64,000 nucleotides of DNA from positions 64,001-128,000 of the forward strand of contig OZ242041.1 of NCBI GenBank assembly GCA_965205215.1, read 5' to 3'. Positions 10,607-20,429 of this stretch are shown here, one piece after another; within the stretch, counting starts at the first letter, position 1; each line of letters begins with the position of its first letter. Origin of the DNA: Nitrosopumilus sp. (GTDB lineage Archaea; Thermoproteota; Nitrososphaeria; Nitrososphaerales; Nitrosopumilaceae). The translations under genes and the position numbers were made by a program. Under the pieces are notes generated by a model that saw only the letters and a program-made list of their open reading frames with translations, was not told the DNA's origin and searched no databases.

Positions 10607-13600
10607 ATGACACGGGCGCAAAGGGCCCCGCGGCCTGGCGGCGCGGGTACAGGGGCGCTGCTGGTGCCCCTGGCGGTGGCAGTCGCGCTGACGGCAGTGG
10701 TTCTGGGGACGGCGCAGCCATACTTGCACAGCCTGTCCGGGGATGTCGACGCGCCATACCCGGACACGCCTGCCGCCGCCCCCGGGTGGCACGCCTTCGC
10801 GCAGTCCCTTCAGGAATGGCTGGACCTGAGGCCGACCGACCAGATCACCGACGCCGGTCATCTGGAGCTTAACGACGCCCGGGGCATCGCCGTCTTCGAG
10901 ACCGGCGGGCACGTCTACGCGGCCGTCGCAGCCTACCACGACGACGGCGTCCAGATCCTCAACCTCACCGACCCTGCCAACATCAGGGCGACAGACGAGA
11001 TCACCGACACAGGCAGCCTGGAGCTTGACGGCGCAACCAGCATCGCCGTCTTCGAGAGGGACGCTCGCACCTACGCGGCCGTCGCAGCCTACTACGACGA
11101 CGGCGTCCAGGTGCTGGACCTGACCGACCCGGCCAACATCACGGCGGCAGACTGGATCACAGACACACGCAGCCTGGAGCTTCGCGGCCCCCGCGGCATC
11201 GACACCTTCGAGACCGGCGGCCGCACCTACGCGGCCGTCGCAGGACACAAAGACGACGGCGTCCAGATACTCGACCTGACCAACCCGGCCAACATCAGGG
11301 CGACTGCCCAGCTAGCCGACACCTGCGGCCTGGAGATTTACGGCGCCCGCGGCATCACCGCCTTTGAGATGGGCGAGCACACCTACGCGGCAGTCTCAGG
11401 AAACAGGGAAGACGGCATCCAGATACTCAACCTGACCGACCCGGCCAACATCGCAGCGATCGGCCGGATCGTCGACTATGGCACCAGCGAGCTCGGCTCC
11501 CCGGCCGAGATAGCCATCTTCAAGATGGGCGAGCGCACCTACGCGGCAGTAGCCGCCCACTACGACAACGGCGTCCAGGTGCTGGACCTGACCGACCCGG
11601 CCAGACCTGTGCGGTCCGGCCATATCGACGACACCCCGAACCTAGAGCTTGGTGGCGCAATCGGCATCACCACCTTCAAGATGGGCGAGCGCACCTACGC
11701 GGCCGTCGCCTCAAGGGACGACAGCGGCGTCCAGGTGCTGGACCTGACCGACCCTGCCAACATCGCAGCGATCGGCCGGATCACCGACAATGACAATTAC
11801 GAGCTTGCAGGCGCACTGGATGTTGCCCACTTCGAGACGGACGGGCGCACCTACCTGGCCGTCGCTGCGCAGGATGACGACGGCGTCCAGATAATTCATC
11901 TGGCCGGAGAACGGCCGCCGACCACAGATGTCGGATCCAACATGACCTCCCAAGTGGGGTCGGCGGAGACCCCGTCCGGGACGACTGCCCCCGACCTGCG
12001 CAACGGGACCGCCTCGGACACCGCCGGCGACCCGCCGGCCAACGCCGTCGCGCTGGAACCGCCAGAGCAGCACGGCTCCTGCGATGTCGGCAGGCTCACC
12101 CTGGCGAGCTCCCAGCCGGGAACGATTCAGGCGGGCTGGGAGGCACCCATTAGGGTGCCTACCGACTACCGGGTCGCATGGGCCAAGGTGGGCGAGGACA
12201 TCAAGAGATGGACAGACCTGTCGGGCAACGCCTTCCCGGCCGAGCCCTCCAAGACCATCACCGGCCTGGAGGAGGGCGAGACATACAAGGTGAAGGTGCG
12301 CGCCCGATACAGCGATGATGCCGGCGGCTGGAGCGGCGAAGCCATCATCACCGTCGCCGGATCTGCCGCCAACCGCCCCCCGGCCGCCGACGCGGGGGTG
12401 GGCCAGGCCGTCCGGGAGGGCTCGGAGGTCGCACTCAACGGCACCGCCACCGACCCGGACCCCGGAGACCGGCTGGCCCACCTGTGGACGCACGACCGGC
12501 CCGACCTGAACGTCACGCTGGCCGATCCGGCGGCCCTGTCGACCACGTTTACGGCCCCGCAGGTGGACTCCAACACCACCATAACCTTTACGCTGACGGC
12601 CACCGACCGGCACAACGGAACCGCCGCGGACACCACCACGGTCACCGTCCTGGACACCCCGCCCAACCGGCCGCCCACGGCCGACGCAGGGCCGGACCAG
12701 GCCGTCCGGGAGGGGGCCGCGGTGACGCTCGCCGGCACCGCCGCCGACCCCGACGGCGACAGCGTCTCCTACCTGTGGAACCAGACCTCGGGCCCGCCCG
12801 TGGAACTGCGGGGGGCCGACACGCCGTCCCCCTCGTTCACGGCGCCCGAGGTCGCCTCCGACGCGGTGCTCGCCTTTGAGATGGCCGCCGGCGACGGCCT
12901 TGACAGCTCCACTGACACCGTCCGGGTGACGGTGCGCGACGCGCCGGAGGGCTCCCACTTTGTCACCACCTGGAAGACGAAAACCGCCGGCGAGTCCATA
13001 ACCATCCCGGTGGGCAGAACCGGCGGCACCTACACCGTCGACTGGGGCGACGGGACCGTCGACGAGGGCGTCTCTGGGAGCCGGACGCACTCGTATGACG
13101 GGGCCGGCACCTACACGGTCAGCATATCGGGAGACTTTTCAAGCATCAAACTCGAGGACAGCCAGGCCAGCGCGAAAAAGCTGCAGTCGATAGAGCAGTG
13201 GGGGGACGTACAGTGGAAGTCTATGAGATCGGCGTTTGTCGGAGCCTCGAACATGGCCTACCGCGCGACCGACGCCCCGGACCTCTCGCGCGTGACAGAC
13301 ACGTCCCAGATGTTCGCCTACGCATCCTCCTTTGACGGCGACATATCAGGCTGGGACGTCTCGCGCGTGACAGACATGACGGCCATGTTCCAGAGCGCCT
13401 CCTCGTTTGACGGCGACCTGTCATCCTGGAACGTCTCGCGCGTGACAGACATGGACTACATGTTCTACGACGCCTCCTCGTTTGACGGCGACATATCAGG
13501 CTGGGACGTCTCGCGGGTGACAGACATGGACTACATGTTCCAGGGCGCCTCCTCGTTTGACGGCGACATCTCCGGCTGGGACGTCTCGCGCGTGACCCGC

Positions 13601-16600
13601 ATGAACTACATGTTCTACGGCGCCACCTCGTTTGGCCAGAACCTCGGCGCCTGGTACATCACCCTTGACAACGCCACCATCGGGCACGGCGGCATACCCG
13701 GGACGGTCGGCGGCATCGCCGCCCAGAACGCCCCGCTCAGCCGGCAGAACCCCGCCTACGGGATAGGCTCCGGCGGCGACTCGAGCCTCTTTGAGATCAA
13801 CGGCACCGACCTAATACTGACGGCCGCCCCGGACCGCCCGGCGGATCCCCCCTACACCGTCAACGTGACCGCCACCGGCAGCTTCGGCTCCGACAACAAC
13901 CACCGCATCATCGAGGTGTCCATAGCCAGCCTCCCGCTCACCGCCGACGCCGGCCCCGACCAGGCGGTTACGGAAGGGCGCCCCGTGCACCTGAACGGCA
14001 CGGCCGTCTACGGCGGGCCGGCGGACAGGCCGGCCTACCTGTGGACGCACGACCGGCCCGGCCTTAACGTCACGCTGGCCGACCCGGCGGCCCTGTCGAC
14101 CACGTTTACGGCCCCGCAGGTCGACTCCAACACCACCATAACATTTACCCTGACGGCCACCGACCGGCACAACGGAACCGCCTCGGACGCCGCCACGGTC
14201 ACCGTCATGGACACCCCGCCGAACCGGCCGCCCACGGCCGACGCAGGGCCGGACCGGTCAGTCGAGGAGGGATCCGCGGTGACGCTAGCCGGCACCGCCG
14301 CCGACCCCGACGGCGACAGCGTCTCCTACATGTGGAACCAGACCGCGGGCCCGCCGGTGGTGGAACTGCGGGGGGCCGACACGCCGTCCCCCTCGTTCAC
14401 GGCGCCCGAGGTCGCCTCCGACGCGGTGCTCGCCTTTGAGATGACCGCCGGCGACGGCCTTGACAGCTCCACTGACACCGTCCGGGTGACGGTGCGCGAC
14501 GTGCCGGAGAGCTCCCACTTTGTCACCACCTGGAAGACGAAAACCGCCGGCGAGTCCATAACAATCCAAGTGGGCGGAACCGGCGGCACCTACACCGTCG
14601 ACTGGGGCGACGGGACCGTCGACCGGCGCGTATCGGGGAGCCAGACGCACGCGTACGACGGGGCCGGCACCCACACGGTCCGCATATGGGGGGGACTCTC
14701 AAGCCTCAACCTCGGCAGCAACCCGGCCAACGCGCAAAAGCTGCAGTCGATAGAGCAGTGGGGGGACATACGGTGGAAGTCTATGAAAACGGCGTTCCAG
14801 GGCGCCTCGAACATGGTCTACCGCGCGACCGACGCCCCGGACCTCTCGCGCGTCACCGACACGTCCTTCATGTTCCGCGACGCGGCCTCCTTCAGCGGCA
14901 ACCTGTCATCCTGGGACGTCTCCTCCGTGACTGACATGGAGGCGATGTTCTACCACGCCCACTCCTTTGACGGCGACCTCTCCGGCTGGGACGTCTCGCG
15001 GGTGTACGACATGAACGCGATGTTTGCCCAGGCGTACCCCTTCAACGGCGACCTCTCCGGCTGGGACGTCTCGCAGGTGCTCTATATGGGCACCATGTTC
15101 TCAAGAACCTCCTTTGACGGCGACCTCTCCGGCTGGAACGTCTCGCAGGTGAGGGACATGCACTGGATGTTCGAGGGCGCCTCCTCCTTCAACGGCGACA
15201 TATCCACATGGGACGTCTCGTCGGTGACCGCCATGAGCCTGATGTTTGACGGCGCCTCCTCCTTTGACGGCGACCTCTCCGGCTGGAACGTCTCGTCGGC
15301 GGACGACATGTTCAAGATGTTCAGGGGCGCCTCCTCCTTTGACGGCAACATATCCACATGGGACGTCTCGCGGGTGTACGACATGTCAAGGATGTTCCAG
15401 GGCGCCTCCTCCTTTGACGGCGACCTGTCATCCTGGAACGTCTCGTCGGTGGACGACATGTCCCGGATGTTTGCAGGGGCCTCCTCCTTTGACGGCGACA
15501 TATCGGCCTGGGACGTCTCGCAGGTGGCAGACATGTCCCGGATGTTTGCAAGGGCCTCCTCCTTTGACGGCGACATATCGGCCTGGGACGTCTCGCAGGT
15601 GGCAGACATGTCCCAGATGTTCGAGGGCGCCGATGCCTTTGACCAGAACCTGGGCAACTGGTATATCGTGCTGGACGACCTGCAGGCCGGCGGCGGCGGC
15701 GGCGGAGGGATAGTGGGGGAGATATCGGCGCAAAACGCGTTCCTTGCAGGCCAGGAACCGGCATACGGGGTGGGAACGGGCGGGAACTCCAACCTGTTTG
15801 AGATAGTCAACGGCACCGTCCTGAGGCTCAAGGCGCCCCCGGACGGCGCCCCGGCAGAAGGCCCGTATGCGGTGACCGTAACGTCCACCGGTTACTTTGG
15901 CACCGACAACTCCCGCACGTTCGAGATTGCGCCCGCAGAGAACCCGCGCTCCCCGCCGGCCGTCGGCGCCGGCCCCGACCAGGCCGCCCGGGAGGGAACC
16001 GAGGTCTCGCTGAACGGCACCGCCACCGGCCCGGATCCCGGAGACCGGCTGGCCTACCTGTGGACGCACGACCGGCCCGGCCTTAACGTCACGCTGGCCG
16101 ACCCGGCGGCCCTGGCGACCACGTTTACGGCCCCGCAGGTGGACTCCAACACCAACACCAACACCACCATAACCTTTACGCTGACGGCCACCGACCGGCA
16201 CGGCATGGCCGCCTCGGACACAGTGGCCGTCACCATACTGGACGTCCCCGCCGACGACGACCCGCCGCTCCAGAGCAACACTGCAGTGCTGGAGGCGCAG
16301 CGCGGCTTCCGCGACGTGGGCAGCATCACCCTGGTCAGCTCCACACCCGGAACCATCCAGGCGAGCTGGGTCGCCCCGGCCGAGCCGCCGGCCAACTACC
16401 GGATAACGTGGGCCAAGGCCGGCGAGCCGTTCCCGAGCTGGACGGACCAGACGGGCAACGCCTTCCCGACCGAGCCCTCCTGGACCATCACCGGCCTGGA
16501 GGGGGGCGAGAGGTACAAGGTGAAGGTGCGCGCCTCCTACTCCGGCACCGCCGGCGACTGGAGCGGCGAGCTGGCCATCACCGTTGTGGGGGCCACGCCG

Positions 16601-18022
16601 GCCAACAGGCCGCCCGCCGTAGATGCCGGCCCCGACAGGGCCGTCCGGGAGGGAACCGAGGTCTCGCTGAACGGCACCGCCACCGACCCGGATCCCGGCG
16701 ACAGCCTGACACACCTGTGGACGCACGACCGGCCCGGCCTTAACGTCACGCTGGCCGACCCGGCGGCCCTGTCGACCACGTTTACGGCCCCGCGGGTGGA
16801 CTCCAACACCACCATAACATTTACGCTGACGGCCACCGACCAACGCAATATGACCGCCTCGGACACCGTGGCCGTCACCATACTGGACGTCCCCGCGGGC
16901 GACCCGCCGCCCGCCCCAGTCGACACTCCAGAAAACACCACCACCACTACGGTCCTGGACCCGCCCGACCCCCGCGGCCCCCGCGACATAGGCAGGATCA
17001 CCCTGGCAAGCTCGGCCCCCGGGACCATCCAGGCGAGCTGGGAGCCCCCCACCGAGAACCCCGCCGACTACCGCATATCATGGGCCAAGGCCGGCGATCC
17101 CTACCTGACCTGGACGGATCTGACGGGCAACGCCTTCCCGACCGAGCCCTCCCGGACCATCGCCGGCCTGGAGGAGGACGAGGAATACAAGGTGAAGATT
17201 CGCGCCCGGTACGGCGGCACCTCCGGCGACTGGAGCGGCGAGCTGTCCATCACCGTTGCGGGGTCCGTCCCCGCCGACAGGCCGCCCGCCCCGGTCGACA
17301 TACCAGAAAACACCACCACCACTACGGTCCTGGACCCGCCCGACCCCCGCGGCCCCCGCGACATAGGCAGTATCACCCTGGCCAGCCCTGCCCCCGGGAC
17401 CATCCAGGCGAGCTGGGAGCCCCCCACCGAGAACCCCGCCGACTACCGCATATCATGGGCCAAGGCCGGCGAGCCGTTCCTGACCTGGACGGACCTGACG
17501 GGCAACGCCTTCCCGACCGAGCCCTCCCGGACCATCGCCGGCCTGGAGGGGGGCGAGGAATACAAGGTGAGGGTTCTCGCCCGGTACGGCGGCACCTCCG
17601 GCGACTGGAGCGGCGAGCTGTCCATCACCGTTGCGGGGTCCGTCCCCGCCGACAGGCCGCCCGCCCCGGTCGACATACCAGAAAACACCACCACCACTAC
17701 GGTCCTGGACCCGCCCGACCCCCGCGGCCCCCGCGACATAGGCAGTATCACCCTGGCCAGCCCTGCCCCCGGGACCATCCAGGCGAGCTGGGAGCCCCCC
17801 ACCGAGAACCCCGCCGACTACCGCATATCATGGGCCAAGGCCGGCGAGCCGTTCCTGACCTGGACGGACCTGACGGGCAACGCCTTCCCGACCGAGCCCT
17901 CCCGGACCATCGCCGGCCTGGAGGGGGGCGAGGAATACAAGGTGAGGGTTCTCGCCCGGTACGGCGGCACCTCCGGCGACTGGAGCGGCGAGGCGACAAT
18001 CCGGGTCGCGGGAACCGGGTAG
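10607..18022 (+). CDS. Giant modular surface protein, paralog of gene 1 (signal/TM, LVIVD, FN3, PKD-like, two DUF285 arrays, terminal FN3x3)
   Basis: 2471 aa; N-terminal hydrophobic segment ALLVPLAVAVALTAVVLG; long blocks nearly identical to gene 1; same C-terminus EATIRVAGTG. Confidence 0.92.
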   Translation: MTRAQRAPRPGGAGTGALLVPLAVAVALTAVVLGTAQPYLHSLSGDVDAPYPDTPAAAPGWHAFAQSLQEWLDLRPTDQITDAGHLELNDARGIAVFETGGHVYAAVAAYHDDGVQILNLTDPANIRATDEITDTGSLELDGATSIAVFERDARTYAAVAAYYDDGVQVLDLTDPANITAADWITDTRSLELRGPRGIDTFETGGRTYAAVAGHKDDGVQILDLTNPANIRATAQLADTCGLEIYGARGITAFEMGEHTYAAVSGNREDGIQILNLTDPANIAAIGRIVDYGTSELGSPAEIAIFKMGERTYAAVAAHYDNGVQVLDLTDPARPVRSGHIDDTPNLELGGAIGITTFKMGERTYAAVASRDDSGVQVLDLTDPANIAAIGRITDNDNYELAGALDVAHFETDGRTYLAVAAQDDDGVQIIHLAGERPPTTDVGSNMTSQVGSAETPSGTTAPDLRNGTASDTAGDPPANAVALEPPEQHGSCDVGRLTLASSQPGTIQAGWEAPIRVPTDYRVAWAKVGEDIKRWTDLSGNAFPAEPSKTITGLEEGETYKVKVRARYSDDAGGWSGEAIITVAGSAANRPPAADAGVGQAVREGSEVALNGTATDPDPGDRLAHLWTHDRPDLNVTLADPAALSTTFTAPQVDSNTTITFTLTATDRHNGTAADTTTVTVLDTPPNRPPTADAGPDQAVREGAAVTLAGTAADPDGDSVSYLWNQTSGPPVELRGADTPSPSFTAPEVASDAVLAFEMAAGDGLDSSTDTVRVTVRDAPEGSHFVTTWKTKTAGESITIPVGRTGGTYTVDWGDGTVDEGVSGSRTHSYDGAGTYTVSISGDFSSIKLEDSQASAKKLQSIEQWGDVQWKSMRSAFVGASNMAYRATDAPDLSRVTDTSQMFAYASSFDGDISGWDVSRVTDMTAMFQSASSFDGDLSSWNVSRVTDMDYMFYDASSFDGDISGWDVSRVTDMDYMFQGASSFDGDISGWDVSRVTRMNYMFYGATSFGQNLGAWYITLDNATIGHGGIPGTVGGIAAQNAPLSRQNPAYGIGSGGDSSLFEINGTDLILTAAPDRPADPPYTVNVTATGSFGSDNNHRIIEVSIASLPLTADAGPDQAVTEGRPVHLNGTAVYGGPADRPAYLWTHDRPGLNVTLADPAALSTTFTAPQVDSNTTITFTLTATDRHNGTASDAATVTVMDTPPNRPPTADAGPDRSVEEGSAVTLAGTAADPDGDSVSYMWNQTAGPPVVELRGADTPSPSFTAPEVASDAVLAFEMTAGDGLDSSTDTVRVTVRDVPESSHFVTTWKTKTAGESITIQVGGTGGTYTVDWGDGTVDRRVSGSQTHAYDGAGTHTVRIWGGLSSLNLGSNPANAQKLQSIEQWGDIRWKSMKTAFQGASNMVYRATDAPDLSRVTDTSFMFRDAASFSGNLSSWDVSSVTDMEAMFYHAHSFDGDLSGWDVSRVYDMNAMFAQAYPFNGDLSGWDVSQVLYMGTMFSRTSFDGDLSGWNVSQVRDMHWMFEGASSFNGDISTWDVSSVTAMSLMFDGASSFDGDLSGWNVSSADDMFKMFRGASSFDGNISTWDVSRVYDMSRMFQGASSFDGDLSSWNVSSVDDMSRMFAGASSFDGDISAWDVSQVADMSRMFARASSFDGDISAWDVSQVADMSQMFEGADAFDQNLGNWYIVLDDLQAGGGGGGGIVGEISAQNAFLAGQEPAYGVGTGGNSNLFEIVNGTVLRLKAPPDGAPAEGPYAVTVTSTGYFGTDNSRTFEIAPAENPRSPPAVGAGPDQAAREGTEVSLNGTATGPDPGDRLAYLWTHDRPGLNVTLADPAALATTFTAPQVDSNTNTNTTITFTLTATDRHGMAASDTVAVTILDVPADDDPPLQSNTAVLEAQRGFRDVGSITLVSSTPGTIQASWVAPAEPPANYRITWAKAGEPFPSWTDQTGNAFPTEPSWTITGLEGGERYKVKVRASYSGTAGDWSGELAITVVGATPANRPPAVDAGPDRAVREGTEVSLNGTATDPDPGDSLTHLWTHDRPGLNVTLADPAALSTTFTAPRVDSNTTITFTLTATDQRNMTASDTVAVTILDVPAGDPPPAPVDTPENTTTTTVLDPPDPRGPRDIGRITLASSAPGTIQASWEPPTENPADYRISWAKAGDPYLTWTDLTGNAFPTEPSRTIAGLEEDEEYKVKIRARYGGTSGDWSGELSITVAGSVPADRPPAPVDIPENTTTTTVLDPPDPRGPRDIGSITLASPAPGTIQASWEPPTENPADYRISWAKAGEPFLTWTDLTGNAFPTEPSRTIAGLEGGEEYKVRVLARYGGTSGDWSGELSITVAGSVPADRPPAPVDIPENTTTTTVLDPPDPRGPRDIGSITLASPAPGTIQASWEPPTENPADYRISWAKAGEPFLTWTDLTGNAFPTEPSRTIAGLEGGEEYKVRVLARYGGTSGDWSGEATIRVAGTG
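13280..13655 (+). repeat. DUF285 repeat array A of gene 2 (4 units)
   Basis: Counted in translation; boundaries approximate. Confidence 0.85.
14840..15660 (+). repeat. DUF285 repeat array B of gene 2 (10 units)
   Basis: Counted in translation; boundaries approximate. Confidence 0.85.
17203..17992 (+). repeat. Apparently exact 375-bp tandem duplication of linker+FN3 module
   Basis: 17203-17617 reads identically to 17578-17992 by eye. Confidence 0.85.
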
Positions 18023-18053
18023 TGATGCAGCCCATAAAACCAAGAACGTGGAC

Positions 18054-18344
18054 GGCCAGGCCCGCATGGCCGCGGGCTGCTGCCTGTGCGCCGGCCACGC
18101 GATCCGGCACTGCCCGTGCATTCCGGCCGGCGGGGATGCCCGGATCCCCATTGTAAATGGGGGCCGGCTTCCGCCCCCCAAGTCCTGCGGAAACGACGCC
18201 TCTGGAAGCGGGACGGCCCGCTCCCATGACCGCCCGCCGGTCCCGGGCAGGGCCCGACTGCGCCACCACCGCACGGCTGCAAGGCGCCGTCCGGGGCGCC
18301 GGCCAGGTGTGTTGCAGCCGAATGGCGGGCCCGTCACCGGCAGA
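18054..18344 (+). repeat. Conserved structured non-coding element downstream of surface gene 2 (copy 2)
   Basis: Homologous to 9807-10105. Confidence 0.85.
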
Positions 18345-18641
18345 CGGAGCGGTTTTGGCCAAGGGGGGGGGGCGCACCCGGCGTGCGGCACCTCCGTCCT
18401 CCGGACAGGCGGGCTGTAGCGTGGGTCCACGCGCGGGTCCGGTCGCCTGACGCCTTGATGGCGGATCCGCGCTCCATTGGCCGTCGCGCTCCCCAGACTC
18501 GCCACCTCTTCCTCTGCGGCAAAGTTAAACCCAACATGCTGCGACATGATACGGGATCCTTTCTTACAGATACACGCGAACGCGCATATTCCCTACATGA
18601 ACCGTCTTGATCCCCTCCCCGCGCGCTCTCATACCTAGCTC

Positions 18642-19582
18642 CTATAGTCCGCTCAGTCTCAACAGCTCACCATACATTTCTGCAATGCCCTTTTCGTGCT
18701 TTCCGGTAAGGGCAATATCTGCCTCGCTGATCACCGCGGAGGATGCGTTCCCAACTGCAAGCCCCAGATCTGATGCCTGCAGCATTGGTACGTCCATGTC
18801 CGCATCCCCCACCACCACGACAAAATCGTCGGGGCCGAACCTCATCTCTGTGGTGAGTTTTTCTATGGCAGATCCCTTGTTTATGCCCTTGGCGGACACA
18901 TGATAGGAATTTTTGCTGGGGTGAATGTCTACTTTGGCCTTGGACTTTCTCACGTATCCGTTCATTTGTCTTCTGGAAACCGATTCTTGCAGGTAGATTC
19001 TCTCTGTCTTTCTGAAGCCTTGGTCTATGTCTTCACGAACCGTGCGGCAGTTCCTCAGGATGTACGAATTCAGAACGTCCGGCTGGGTCCTGTCACCCGG
19101 GGTTTCTTCGCTTCCCAGGCCGATTATGACGCCCCCGTTCTCTGCTATTCCATAAGGCTCCGTTTGGAACGATTTCATGTCCTTTTCAAGGCGCGGTATG
19201 GATCTCCCGGATGCAAAATAAATCCTCATCCCGCTAGCTTTCTTCATCCTGCCAAATATCGTGCGAATTTTCCTGTTTATGATGCTGCTTCCACGGGTCA
19301 GGGTCCCATCTATGTCAAAAAAACAGTGCAGGCTTTTGTCTCGTATTCCGCGTGTAGATTCGTCGTGCACTACGGTGACTATCACTTTTTTGACGCCTGC
19401 CATGTTGTATTTTTGATGAAGGTTTTTGATTTTTTGCGCCTGGTTCTGCGCTACAAACGTTTTCAGATGCACACGATGTTCTCGCCTGCATCATATACAC
19501 CAGACACGTCCCTGAACTTGGAGGCCTTATCAATTATCCGGCCCTTGTTTGCACTGCGATCCAAGGCCAGGTATATCTTCAT
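18642..19582 (-). pseudogene. HAD IIB (Cof/SPP-like) phosphatase with N-terminal AsnC/RAM-like domain; single frameshift near 19470 (real or sequencing error)
   Basis: HAD motifs FFDIDGTLT, ASGR, NKG, GDADMD. Upstream frame from ATG 19582 (MKIYLALDRSANKGRIIDKASKFRDVSGVYDAGENIV) joins VHLKTF with one added base. TATA-like TATAAG at 19611-19606. Confidence 0.75.
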
Positions 19583-19717
19583 GAAACATCCCACTGGAAC
19601 TGAAACTTATAGATTGCTCGCATCTGTCGTACATAGGCTTCAAAGCCCTGCCGCGGGTGGCCGCAAGCACACGTGCAGTGGCGCAACAACTGGCACATGC
19701 TGCGCTTCAGCTTCCAG

Positions 19718-19999
19718 TCAGGAACTCACAAACATCTTGACCTTGGACACCTTTGCGCCCGCGCTGCGGAGCGCCTTGAGCTTGCGGCCAAATTTGTCAA
19801 TCTCACTATGTCTTACAATGGCAGACGCGGACACGCAATAGTCAGTATCAATTTCCGTTTTTGCCGTATATGCCCGCGTAACCTGCCTAAAGTTCTCAAA
19901 CAATGCATCCCGGAGCACGGCGCAGTCCCCATGCTCGTCTTTTGAGCACCGCAGCAGTACGTCAACGTGGTGAGCCTTGGGTGCGGACATCATTTCCAT
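19718..19999 (-). CDS. Small ferredoxin-fold/AsnC ligand-binding-like hypothetical protein (~93 aa)
   Basis: 3' part of ORF 19718..20431; ATG 19999 lies ~25 nt after ATATAAG (20030-20024); alternating beta/alpha pattern. Confidence 0.55.
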   Translation of the reverse strand: MEMMSAPKAHHVDVLLRCSKDEHGDCAVLRDALFENFRQVTRAYTAKTEIDTDYCVSASAIVRHSEIDKFGRKLKALRSAGAKVSKVKMFVSS

Positions 20000-20212
20000 C
20001 CACTCCAGGAGCCGGCGTGAGATCTTATATGCGTAAGTCTCGGTATTGGGGTGCGCACACCTATGATACGGGACGGCGACAAATAAGACTTTAAAACGCG
20101 GCCGACCGGGCTGGCCGTCACCCGTTCTGCCCGCACCGCGCCCGGGCTGCGCCACGTTGACGTACGCGGTGCAGCCCTCGTCGTTCCAGTACGTCTCGTC
20201 AAAGCCCGCGGC

Positions 20213-20267
20213 GGGCGCGCCGCGATCTCGGCTTTTCGTGACCTTGCGGTGAAAATCGGACGGCGCC
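20213..20267. repeat. Left imperfect direct repeat flanking the recombinase (candidate att/core site)
   Basis: GGGCGCGCCGCGATCTCGGCTTTTCGTGACCTTGCGGTGAAAATCGGACGGCGCC; 46 of 57 aligned positions match 22277-22333. Confidence 0.7.
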
Positions 20268-20429
20268 GGATTTGGAAACAGAGTTAATAGATCAAAAGCG
20301 CTAATTATCGCATGCTTTTCATTTGCGTTTTCCCGCCGCGCGGCGCAGTCCGCGTCGGGGGGGAGGGGGATTCCGGCGGATCCGCGGCGCCCGTAAGGAG
20401 CATCACATACTAAAAGCAGGTGACAAACC

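Noticed and set aside
790-15660. 75-bp periodic repeats as a CRISPR array or DGR
   Set aside because: In-frame protein repeats without unique spacers; no cas or reverse transcriptase gene and no template/variable repeat pair.
278-18547. Numerous antisense and alternate-frame ORFs over the giant genes
   Set aside because: Shadow ORFs of high-GC coding sequence with Arg/Pro/Gly-rich junk translations.
18900-19841. 313-aa + strand ORF
   Set aside because: Antisense to the motif-bearing HAD gene.
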